NCBI GenBank assembly: GCA_951406725.2
Contig: OX597830.1
Span: 10,912,001 to 10,976,000 of the forward strand
Source: Octopus vulgaris
Taxonomy: Eukaryota
Direction of reading: 5' to 3'
Length of the DNA: 64,000 bases
This document shows, piece by piece, positions 15,020 through 27,009 of the stretch. Position 1 is the first letter of the stretch. Each line of letters begins with the position of its first letter. Under the pieces are notes generated by a model. It was given only the letters and a program-made list of their open reading frames with translations, did not search any database and was not told the DNA's origin. Both the position numbers and the translations under genes were made by a program.

Positions 15020-15401
15020 CTTTACTCTTTTACTTGTTTCAGTCATTTAACTGCGGCCATGCTGGAGCACCGCCTTTAGTCGAGCAAATCGACCCCGGGA
15101 CTTATTCTTTGTAAGCCCAGTACTTATTCTATCGGTCTCTTTTGCCGAACCGCTAAGTGACGTAAACACACCAGCATCGGTTGTCAAGCAATGCTAGGAG
15201 AACAAACACAGACACACATACATATATATACATATATACGATGGGCTTCTTTCAGTTTCCGTCTACCAAATCCACTCACATGGCTTTGGTCAGCCCGGGG
15301 CTATAGTAGAAGACACTTGCCCAAGGTGCCATGCAGTGGGAATGAACCCAGAACCAAGTGGTTGGTAAGGGAGCTACTTACCACACAGCCACTCCTGCGC
15401 C
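15020..15401 (-). mobile_element. Full-length family A SINE
   Basis: Reverse complement of the 12857-13263 pattern; preceded by a partial copy at 14785-14960. Confidence 0.92.
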
Positions 15402-15705
15402 TATATATGCGTTCAAAAGAAATGAAGCTAGTTTTACATGAATCGCTACACCATTACCCCATTTTTTTTCAACGCCCCCTTCGAACTTTCCACCTCTCCC
15501 AGGGCATCAATACTGCTTACTTTGGGAACCACTGCTCAAATGTCATCATTGGGATGGTTTCTATGGCTACATACACTTCCTAATGCCAACCACAGTTACA
15601 GATAAATTCCATAGAATCACAGAATCACAGCAAACTCAATGAAAAATAATCATCAGTTATACAGAATTATTGTTACTGCTGATAATGTAAAACTACTCTA
15701 CTTAA

Positions 15706-15940
15706 GGCAGTGAGCTGGCAGAAACGTTAGCACACTGGGTGAAATGCTTAGCAGTATTTCGTCTGCCATTACATTCTGAGTTCAAATTCCGCCGAGGTCG
15801 GCTTTGCCTTTCATCTTTTCGGGGTCGATAAATTAAGTACCAGTTACACACTGGGGTCGATATAATCGACTTAATCCATCTGTCTGTCCTTTTTTGTCTC
15901 TTCTGTGTTTAGCCCCTTGTGGGTAGTAAAGAAATAGGTA
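15706..15940 (+). mobile_element. Family B SINE
   Basis: Aligns by eye end to end with 3375-3605. Confidence 0.88.
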
Positions 15941-16601
15941 TCTACTTACAGCTAAGTAGACTGAGCTGATATAGGTCAAACACTTTTGTTAGGAAGATCA
16001 TACACTTTTGTTACATACTAGTTACACTATGTTCAATAAATTGATACCCTATCAGTGCAACTAAGATCAACACTCGTCATATTTTAGTAAATATCAAAAC
16101 TATGAGACAGTTTTATTGTATTTCTTTTATCTTTTTCTAAATTTATTTTCCAAATAAAAGATTTTTTTTTTGCTTCAAAATTGTGATGTTGACATTATCA
16201 GTCCTAAAATATAATTCTTAACCTGTGCTTACTATCTTAAAATAAAACATTTTAAACCAATAAAATAAGAGAAGAATCTTCAAAAATAAAGATATATTTT
16301 AAACATCTATTTAATATTCCTTCTTAAAGGTTACATATAATGGAAAATTCTATTCTGACATATCAGGAGAAGAAAAATGGAAAAGAAGTGTAGCACAAAT
16401 TGCTTTCATTTTTTTTTTTTTTTCCTAAGATTTAGTTTTCCACTTTATAATAATTCATTACTATAATTAGTTTGCCCAGAATGGTTCCGTGGAGTAGTAC
16501 TAAGAACTGTACTGTGGCACCTACAACTGACAGCAGCTACAGCAAAACTAAGTCCACTTTGGTAACTCTTGATAAATAAATAAATGTATAAATATACATA
16601 T

Positions 16602-16810
16602 ACTCTTTACTCTTTTACTTGTTTCAGTCATTAGACTGTGGCCATGCTGAAGCACCGCCTTTAGTCAAGCAAATCGACCTCAAGACTTACTCTTTGTAAG
16701 CCTAGTACTTATTCTTTTGGTCTCTTTTGCTGAACTGCTAAGTTGCAGGGACATAAACACACTACCATCAGTTGTCAAGTGATGTTGGGTGGACAAACAC
16801 AAACACATAA

Positions 16811-16841
<31 letters not shown>

Positions 16842-17004
16842 CGACGGGCTTCTTTCAGTTTCCGTCTACCAAATCCACTCACAAGGCTTTGGTAGGCCCG
16901 AGGCTATAGTAGAAGACACTTGCCCAAGGTGCCACGCAGTGGGACTGAACCCGGAACCATGTGGTTGGTAAGGAAGCTACTTACCACAGAGCCACTCCTG
17001 CACC
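16602..17004 (-). mobile_element. Full-length family A SINE
   Basis: Same motifs as other family A copies. Confidence 0.92.
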
Positions 17005-17009
17005 TATAT

Positions 17010-17352
17010 ATGCGTTCAAAAGAAATGAAGCTAGCATGAACCGCTGGATGTATAATGTCAGTGTGCACACACGACAGAGTGTAAGCACCCTGAGAGAAAT
17101 GTTGGACATAAAAAGCATTGGATGTGACGTGCAAGATTGATGTCTGCGTTGGTATGGTCATGTACTACAAATAGATAAGGAGAGCTGTGTTAAGAAGTGC
17201 CACTCCCAAATGGTGGAAGGAATCCAGAGTAGAGGGAGACCCAGGAAGACATGGAATGAGGTAGTGAATCATGACCTTCGAACGTTGGGCCTCACAGAGG
17301 AAATGACGAAAGACCGAGACCTCTGGAATTATGCTGTGACTGAGAAGACCCA
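17010..17352 (+). pseudogene. RTE-clade LINE ORF C-terminal fragment
   Basis: RNEASMNRWMYNV..LREMLDI..LRWYGHV..EGIQSRGRPRKTWNEVVNHDL..DRDLW, the typical RTE C-terminal motifs. Confidence 0.88.
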
Positions 17353-17876
17353 GAAAATAAAGTGAGATCACAGATGTAACCTATACCAGAGTCGCATAAC
17401 CAGCCAACTCAAAATCACAATCAAATGGAAATTGTAGTTGTGGTCCCCATGCTGGTGGCACGTAAAAAACACCATCCGAACAAAGTCGATGCCAGCCCCC
17501 TTACCACTATGTGGACACTCTTACGCTAGATATAGATCTGCAAAGGGACTCAACCACTAAGAATTGTTCTCAAGAAAAAATTTAGCACACTAAGAACGTA
17601 AGCGAGCAAGACAAATGAAAAATAACAAAAATATAGATTAACCCCATTCAATTGTATCACTGTTAATAAATTATGTAATTTTACTTACATAAATATCCTC
17701 AGATCATCAGTGGAGTACAGATCTATATCTAGCGTAAGAGCATCCACATAGTGGATTCTCTCTCATATTTGTGTATTAATAATATTTACTGAATCTCAGT
17801 CTTTTATACGCTAGGCCACTGGTGTTTAAATTGAAGTTATTAAATTAATATCCAATGTTTTCACCCTCATTTTGAC

Positions 17877-17928
<52 letters not shown>

Positions 17929-18083
17929 ACAGGCTTCTTTCAGTTTCTGCTGACAAATTCCACTCACAGGGCTTTGGTCAGCCCAAAGCTGTACTAGAGG
18001 ACACTTGCCTAAGTTGCTACACAGAGAGACTGAACCCGGAAGCATTCAGTTGGGAAGCAAGCTTCTTACCACACGGCCATGCC

Positions 18084-18303
18084 TGTACATTGTATTAAAA
18101 TAAGAGCTACTAATAGTTTCCTGCCATTGAGACATGCGGTTGGGCAGATTTACATAATGTATCTTGTGCCTCCAAGAAACATTCAGGATGTGCTCAGAGC
18201 CCGAAAATTGATTGGAGACACAAAGCACATTATATAAATCTGCCTAACCGCATGACTCAATGGCAAGAAACTATTCGTAGATTTTATTTTGATTCCATCT
18301 ACA
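18084..18303. mobile_element. Foldback/MITE-like imperfect palindrome
   Basis: aatagtttcctgccattgagacatgcggttgggcagatttacataatgt matches the reverse complement of 18227-18275 with about 4 mismatches. Confidence 0.75.
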
Positions 18304-18581
18304 TTAAATGATATTTATCTCTCAGTGGAGAAAGTACTTTTTAGTTGATCCAACCTTAACGGGATGTGTATTATTTATATATATGTATATATTATATATA
18401 TATATACACATACACACATACATATATAAATACATACATATATGTACATACATATATATATATACATACATACATGTATATACATACATACATACATATA
18501 TATATATACATACATACATGTATATACATACATACATATATATATATACATACATACATGTATATACATACATACATGTAT

Positions 18582-18612
<31 letters not shown>

Positions 18613-18911
18613 CATACATGTATATACATACATACATGTATATACATACATACATATATATATATATACATACATGTATATACATACATACATGTATATA
18701 CATACATACATGTATATACATACATACATGTATATACATACATACATGTATATACATACATACATGTATATACATACATACATGTATATACATACATACA
18801 TATATATACATACATACATATATATATAAACAATTGCAGCGTGGGAGGTGTTTATAAGCCATTTAAGAAACACACAAAAGCCGTTCGATTCACTCCAACA
18901 TTTGAGTTTAA

Positions 18912-18961
18912 TTTGTCAAAATATTTTCGTCGCTAAAATCCGCGACCTGTTCACTGACAAA
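18912..18961 (-). ncRNA. Minimal type-I hammerhead ribozyme fold, G3-C8 variant (mirror copy)
   Basis: Exact reverse complement of 18995-19044. Confidence 0.68.
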
Positions 18962-18994
18962 GTCCGTGCTGCATCTCAGAGATGCAGCACGGAC

Positions 18995-19044
18995 TTTGTC
19001 AGTGAACAGGTCGCGGATTTTAGCGACGAAAATATTTTGACAAA
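18995..19044 (+). ncRNA. Minimal type-I hammerhead ribozyme fold, G3-C8 variant
   Basis: Stem I UUUGUCA/UGACAAA; core GUGAACA plus an extra G; stem II GUCGC-GGAUUUUA-GCGAC; GAAA; self-complementary AAUAUU stem III; U17. Confidence 0.7.
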
Positions 19045-19381
19045 TTAAACTCAAATGTTGGAGTGAATCGAACGGCTTTTGTGTGTTTCTTAAATGGCTT
19101 ATAAACACCTCCCACGCTGCAATTGTTTTCGTTTCAGCACACGATCTCAGATCAAATTACTTGCTATGCGAGTACATCTCCATATATATATATATATATA
19201 CATATATATATACATATACATATATATATACACATATATATATATACATACATATATATATATACATATATATATACATACATATATATATACATACATA
19301 TATATATACATACATACATATATAGACATATATATATATACACACGCATATATATACACATATATATATACACACATATAT

Positions 19382-19417
<36 letters not shown>

Positions 19418-19830
19418 GTATATACATATATATACATAGAATATGCTCAGTGAACAATATATTTAATTAAGCATGTATGGTAGCAGAAAAGGTTGTTTTT
19501 GGTATGATTTGAACTCAAAAGCACAAAACCTTGGATTGAACTTTATACTTTAAACTAATTAGTTTTGCACTTTATCTAACCTATTTATAACTTAGAGAAT
19601 GAAATGCTTTATATCATATATTTGCTGTTGTTCTTGTGTGTGTGTGTGTACATATATATATATATACATCTATATGTGTGTGCATGTATATGTATACACA
19701 CACACACAGTAGAATAGTATAGTTTGCATGAAGCATTGTCTGATATAGATGTTTTAAATGATTCTGCCAGCTCACAGCCTTAATAATAATAATAATAATA
19801 ATAATGATAATAATAATAATGATAATGATA

Positions 19831-20198
19831 AAAATGTGGAACCAGATGACTAAAACTATACCTGTTGTCATAGGTGCCCTAGGAATGATAGCAAACAGGG
19901 CTGATTGCTACATAGCTCAGATACCAGGAAACCCCAAAATGGCAGAAATTCAAAAGATAGTGCTCATGGGAACTGCCCATGTCCTATGCAAAATACTTTC
20001 TATGTAATCTCAAATTTTAAAACAAACACATAATTTTCTTATGGTTTCTTAAACATTTTCTAGAACAAAACTATGTACAAAACCAAATATATGGCACCCT
20101 AGGCATAACACTAGCATGAACTTCTAACTTGTTGTCGCTTGAGGTCTCTGGATGAGACTTGGAGCCAACTTGTACAGATGTAAAGCAAAAGTCAAACA
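19831..20198 (+). mobile_element. 5'-truncated R4/Dong-like (restriction-like endonuclease) LINE in a (TAA)n tract
   Basis: KMWNQMTKTIPVVIGALGMI..IQKIVLMGTAHVLCKILSM* followed by a 3' UTR; (TAA)n on both sides. Confidence 0.82.
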
Positions 20199-20232
20199 TA
20201 AAATGATAATAATAATATTTCTTTCTGCTAAA

Positions 20233-20394
20233 GGCGTAAGAGTGGATGTGTGGTAAGTAGCTTGCTTACCAATCACATGGTACTGGGTTCAGTCCTACTG
20301 TTTGGTACCTTGGGCAAGTGCCTTCTACTATAGCCTTGGGCCGACCAAAGCCTTGTGAGTGGATTTGGTTGATGGAAACTGAAAGAAGCCTGTC

Positions 20395-20435
<41 letters not shown>

Positions 20436-20670
20436 CATCATCATCATCATTTAACGTCCGGTGTGCATGTATATGTTTGTCCCCCCCAACATCACTTGAC
20501 AACTGATACTGGTGTGTTTACATCCCCGTAACTTAGCGGTTTGACAAAAGAGACCAATATAATAAGTACTAGGCTTACAAAGAATAAGTCCTGAGGTCAA
20601 TTTGCTCGACTAAAGGCTGTGCTCCAGCATGGCCACAGTCAAATGACTGAAAGAAGTAAAAGAGTAAAGA
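20233..20670 (+). mobile_element. Family A SINE
   Basis: Head, CORE-like motif and tail present; followed by a minus-strand family B copy at 20670-20866. Confidence 0.88.
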
Positions 20671-21053
20671 CACAAGGCCTAAAATTTGGAGGGACAGGAC
20701 TGGTCGATTATATCGACCCCAGTGTTTCACTGGTACTTAATTTATCAACCCCAAAAGGATGAAAAGCAAAATCGACCTAGGTGGAATTGGAACTCAGAAC
20801 ATAGCGATGGGCAAAATTCCACTAAGCATTTCGCCCACCGTGCTAACAATTCTGCCAGCTCACTGCTTCATACAACAATAATGATAATGATGAGAATGAC
20901 CTCAATGATGAGAATGGTGATGTTGATCATCATCACAACCACCACCATCGTCACCAGAAGAACTACCACCACCACCGCCACCACTATCATAATCCTCATC
21001 ACCATGACCAGACCACCATAACCACCAAGAATATATATTCTTCTTCTCTTCTT

Positions 21054-21451
21054 CTTTTACTTGTTTAAGTCATTTGACTGCGGCCATGCTGGAGCACTGC
21101 CTTTAGTCGAGCAAATCGACCCCAAGATTTATTCTTTGTAAGCCCAGTACTTATTCTATCGGTCTCTTTTTGCCAAACCGCTAAGTGACAGGGACGTAAA
21201 CACACCAGCATTGGTTGTCAAGCAATGCTAGGGGGGCAAACACAGACACACAAACACATACACACGCATACATATAAATACATATATATGACAGGCTTCT
21301 TTCAGTTTCCGTCTACCAAATCCACTCACAAGGCATTGGTCGGCCCAGGGCTATAGCAGAAGACACTTGCCCAAGATGCCATGCAGTGGGACTGAACCCA
21401 GAACCATGTGGTTGGTTAGCAAACTACTTACCACACAGCCACTCCTGCGTC
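21054..21451 (-). mobile_element. Full-length family A SINE
   Basis: Same motifs as other family A copies. Confidence 0.92.
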
Positions 21452-21484
21452 TATATATATATAAATATATACACACACAAACAC

Positions 21485-21561
<77 letters not shown>

Positions 21562-22180
21562 TGTGTACACAGGCACCTATTAAAGTTCCGTTGACAGCAA
21601 GCAATCATTTTTGGAGGTGAAGGTCATTGGATTCCTAAACTAACAATTTTCCATTAACAAACTCCATTGTGACAATTTACAATGGTTAATCTCATTATTG
21701 TCTCACAAAAATTAATCTTTATTTCTCTTTCTTTATTATAAATGTGGGAGTGTTTTATTTTCTTAAATTTTTTCTTTTTTTTTTTTCATTATTCCCCCTT
21801 TCTTCATATTTATATTCACTTTTAAATGATAGATGTACAAACTGCTATTTTTGATTTTTTTTGTTAATTTTTTTCAAATATTGTTTTTTTTAATTTTTTT
21901 CCTTAAGAGGAGAAAGTCCAAACTTTAATTCACTTCCATAATATTCTGGGTTACTTCTTTTTTTCTTTCCTGTGTTTTTTTTTTGTGAAATTTAACATTT
22001 TTTTTTTCATCTAGTTTTTAAGTTCCTTTTCTTGTTGGCGAGGGGGTGGGTCAAATTGAGGTTGGGACTGATAGGGAGAGAGAGAGAGGGAGAGATGGAG
22101 ATAGATAAAAAAATGTAAGTGAGAATGAGATGAAGAGGAACAATGCAAGAGAAAGAGATGAAGGAGAGAAAGATAAATAA

Positions 22181-22468
22181 TCATCGTCGTCATCATCATC
22201 ATCATTGTCGTCATCGTCGTCATCATCATTGTCGTCATCATCATCATTGTTGTCGTCGTCGTCATCATCGTTGTTATCGTCATCATCATCGTCGTCATCA
22301 TCATTGTCATCATCGTCATCATCATCGTCGCTGTCATCATCATCTTCAATGTCGTCATCGTCATCACCATTGTCGACGTCGTCGTCGTCGTCATTGTCGT
22401 CGTTGTCGTCATCATCATCGTCATCATCGTGATTGTCATTGTCGTTGTCATCATCATCGTCATCGTCA
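22181..22468. repeat. (TCA/TCG/TTG)n trinucleotide tract, the expanded tail of a family C copy (22469-22640, minus)
   Basis: The tract runs directly into tttaacatctgtcttctatgctgacatg; explains the poly-D, poly-S and poly-M ORFs. Confidence 0.88.
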
Positions 22469-23177
22469 TTTAACATCTGTCTTCTATGCTGACATGAGTT
22501 TTACAGTTCAACAGGAGCTGAGAATCTGGAGGGTTGCACCAGGCTTCATTTGTCTGTTTTGGCATGGCTGGCTTCTACAGCTAGATGCTCTTTCTTAATG
22601 CCAACCGGGGTGAACTGGGGGCCTTTTACACGGCACCAACAAAACAAAGCGAAAAGTGACAGCAAGAGATAAAGAGATTGTAGAAGCAGACAAGGAAGAA
22701 AGAGAATGACAGAAGTGAGAAAAAAGGGAAATAAGGAGAGAATGAGAGAGAGAGAGAGAATGAAAAATGGAAGGAAAAAAGGGAATAATTTAGAAAACTT
22801 CACAACTGTAGCTTAACTATTAATCCTTTAGTATTTAGATTATCCTGTCAAATATAATCCAGTAATCCTTCGACTATTGTGTGTGCTATGATCCAAATCC
22901 CTCTGAGATAGGTGAAAATCCATGAAGTAGAAACAGTACTGTACTGAATATTTTTATTTAATTATTTTTATAATTTGCATATATTTAATTCATTATAAAT
23001 GCAAAACGACACCACAGTGGAATAGATATAAGGTTAAATAATACACGCAATAGGTGAACCAGGATATGCATTTTTATAGCAGGTTGTCCCTTAGAAACGT
23101 CCAGTTGCCTTCTACCCCATGTGATACTCTATCCCCTTCTACTTCATCAAAGGCTTCAAGTAGCATGTCCCTAAATC

Positions 23178-23587
23178 AGAATCGAAATCGATCAATGGAA
23201 ATTGCAGCTGAGTTACCAGTGCCGGTGGCACGTAAGAGAACCATCCGCATGTGGCCGTTGCCAGCGTCGCCCTGACTGGCCTCGTGCCGGTGGCACGTAA
23301 AAAGCACCATCCGTTCGTGGCCGTTGCCAGCCTCGCCTGGCCCCCGTGCCGGTGGCACATAAAAAGCACCATCCGATCGTGGCCGTTTGCCAGACTCGTC
23401 TGGCACCTGTGCCGGTGGCACGTAAAAAGCACCCACTACACTCATGGAGTGGTTGGCATTAGGAAGGGCATCCAGCCGTAGAAACATTGCCAGATCAAAC
23501 TGGGCCTGGTGCAGCCTTCTGGCTTTCCAGACCCCAGTTGAACCGTCCAACATGGAAAGCAGACGCTAAACGATGATGATGATGATG
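23178..23587 (+). mobile_element. Well-preserved family C SINE-like element with 4 internal repeats
   Basis: Four gtgccggtggcacgtaaaaagcacc-type units, gttggcattaggaagggcatccagcc, (GAT)n tail. Confidence 0.88.
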
Positions 23588-23775
23588 TACATTAAATGAT
23601 ATTCAATTTTCACTGGTTAGAGTACTTTTTTCATTTTGGTTTGACTGAGAACTGGCAAGCAGGAGGGTGCACCAGGCCCCAATCTGATTTGGCAAGATTT
23701 CTACATCTGGATGCCCTTCCTAATGTCAACCACTCTGAGAGTGTAGTGGATGTTTTTTACATGCTACCACCACAA

Positions 23776-24301
23776 TGACAGGCTTCTTTCAGTTTCCATC
23801 TACCAAATCCACTCACAAGGCTTTGGTCAGCCCAAGGCTGTAGTAGAAAGCAATTGCCCAAGATGTCATGCAGTGGGACTGAACCTGGAACCATGTGGTG
23901 GGGAAGCAAGCTTCTTACCACACAGCCATGCCTGTGCGTACATATATACTTTTTTACTCTTTTACTTGTTTCAGTCATTTAACTGCGGCCATGCTGGAGC
24001 ACTGCCTTTAGTTGAACAAATCAAGCCCACGACTTATTCTTTGCAAGTCTAGTACTTGTTCTATCGGTCTCTTTCAGTCTCTTTTGCTGCTAAGTTACAG
24101 GGACATAAACGCACCAACATCGGTTGTCATGTGATAGTGGGGGAGGGGACAAACAGTTTCCATATACCAAATCCGCTCACATGGCTTTGGTCGGCCTGAG
24201 GCTATAGCAGAAGGCATCTGCCCAAGGTACTGATGCAGTGGGCGTGAACTCACAACCATGTGGTTGGGAAGCAAGCTCCTTACCAGACAGCCATGCCTAT
24301 G

Positions 24302-24303
<2 letters not shown>
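23776..24303 (-). mobile_element. Two tandem partial family A SINEs
   Basis: A 5' half at 23776-23935 and an internally deleted copy at 23952-24303. Confidence 0.82.
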
Positions 24304-24360
<57 letters not shown>

Positions 24361-24640
24361 GTGTAGCAAACATTGCAAGGAAAAAAAAATTATTCATTTG
24401 AAAGAAGAAATTTCTTGGAGAGAAAGTTTGCCTCTGGAAATGATGTGTGTTGTGTGCATGTGTACATACATGCACTCACATGTACGTGTGTATGCCTCCA
24501 TGTGAGTGCATGTTTGTATACATGCCTGCATGTGTCTATGTAAGTGTGCATGTGTACGCATATGCCTGCATAAAATGAACGTTATTTGGGTGAGACATGA
24601 CATGACATTCCTGAGCTCATATATATATATATATATATAC

Positions 24641-24682
<42 letters not shown>

Positions 24683-25139
24683 ATATATATATATATGTGT
24701 GTGTGTGTGTATGTATGTATATATCTGTTGTCATTTCTATGAAATACATCAAAATATTAGATTTCAATATTAGCAGAAATTATTGAATACCATAATTAAC
24801 AGAGCAGTATAATTGATGTTCACTCTACTAAAAACAGAACAAGTAGACAAATATCTATTACTGCACTTCTTGTTATTGCTATTGTTGTTGTTCTTGTTCT
24901 TGCCACTGTTGTTGCTTTTGTATATTTGTTGCATTATGTGCATCAGTCTGAAGTTTTCTACTGAAACCAAAAACCACCAAGAAATCATATAAATTCATGT
25001 GAATTTGTAAAATCATGTTTGGAATGAGCTCTTCTGGAAAATAAAAGCTAATTATTAGCAGAATGCTTCCAGTAACACATAAGAATACGTTTTACCAAAA
25101 AAAAAGAAAATCATTATCATCGTCATTATTATTATTAGC

Positions 25140-25176
<37 letters not shown>

Positions 25177-25394
25177 GCAGTATTATTAGTAATATCTATT
25201 ACCATTATTATTAATAACATGTTATTATCAATAATACTATTATTATTATTACTTGATGCCTTCTTTTCTTTAAAATAATTCTTCAGTAAAACTAAAACTA
25301 ATGCGCTGAGTAGATGATGTTCAAAAAGTCCTGAGAGACAGAAAAAAAAAACTTCTCTCTTTTCATTGTCATGTGTTTCTCGTATTTGTAATTT

Positions 25395-25425
<31 letters not shown>

Positions 25426-25791
25426 TATTATTATTCATCTCCAAAGACCTTTTAAGCCATTCGACACCTCTCAGTTTGACGCTATCCAAACAAAGAAAAA
25501 GCAAAACAATATTTCCACCAGCATTGACCAACATTCTTAAATAAGTCGCTAAGCTATTCATGGCTTCTTTTCCAATATCAAGCCGCTTCACAGGATCTTT
25601 GCTTACAACGCTCGGCTGAATTATTGCCATCTGGATGGAGAGACGTTGCTCTTATTGACGCACTCAGACGACAAGTTGGTTTAATGGAAGTGTAAACATC
25701 AACAAACAAATAAGAAGACAACAAACACAAATACATATATATATATGTGTGTGTACTGAGAGAGTGGGAGAGAGAACTATTTCTGTGTGTG

Positions 25792-25834
<43 letters not shown>

Positions 25835-26404
25835 CATATATAAACATATGGACATGTATGCATACACGTACACATATACACATACATACATATACACACA
25901 CATACATATATATATACACATATATGCACACATACATACATACATATATATATACATAAATACATACATATACACACATACATATATATATACATAAATA
26001 CATGCATATACACATACATACATACATACATACTTAGACATACATATATATATACACATGCATACATACATATACACATACATACATATATACATACTTA
26101 GACATACATATATATATACATGCATACATATATAGATGCATATCTATATATATGCATGCATATATACATGCACATTCATATGATATACACATATATACAT
26201 ACACATACTAAATATAATTATACGTACACATACACACACATATATATACACACATATATATACATGGACACACACATATATACACCTACATATATATATA
26301 TATACATACACACATATATATACACACACATATATATACACGCACACATATATATATATATATAAACATGCACACACACACATATATACACCTACACAAA
26401 TATA

Positions 26405-26435
<31 letters not shown>

Positions 26436-27009
26436 TATATATATACTCCTACACACACATATATATATATACACACACACACACACATATATACATGCAC
26501 ACACACAATATGTATATAAACACCTACACACATATATATATATACACACACATATATATATATATGCATGCATATATATATACATACACACACATATACA
26601 CATGCACGCATACACACACACACACATATATCACAAAGAATGTAAAGTAATAGACAAATAAAGAATGAGTCGATGTCATTATGTCACATTGTGTCGGAAT
26701 AATAACAATTCACAGACACTAACCATTAAGCGTTGGCAAAATAACAGACCAATTCTACACAGTCAAAATACATTGGTTTCGGAGGCCACATTATAATAAT
26801 GCATCTCCTGATAAAGGGATTTAACTGCTATGTAAGCAAATCAATCACTGAGAGGATAAACAAAACAAGGTATTTGCTAGTTTGCACCTAGTTATGACGC
26901 CTGCTTAATGTTTTACCTAAACTTACTTCAATTAATATCCACCACCTGCCTTTAACCATTTCGCAATCAAATTCTTAATTAAGTACGGTGCTTATATGTT
27001 TCAATTAAT

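Larger units (their letters stand above)
18828..19181. mobile_element. Palindromic element (150-bp arms, 1-nt loop at 18978, 53-bp extension), probable Penelope-like inverted terminal repeat
   Basis: The arms are exact reverse complements, it is flanked by TA/CA microsatellite, and it contains hammerhead folds. Confidence 0.75.

Noticed and set aside
18848-19108. Twin 66-aa ORFs on opposite strands
   Set aside because: A by-product of the palindrome; no recognisable domain.
22011-22598. Poly-Asp ORF resembling an acidic biomineral protein
   Set aside because: It is the expanded trinucleotide tail of a family C element; no signal peptide or splice evidence.
26770-26820. Hammerhead-like GGAG..CUCC-GAAAC on the minus strand
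   Set aside because: The core reads UUUAUCA, three changes from CUGANGA, and there is no stem I.
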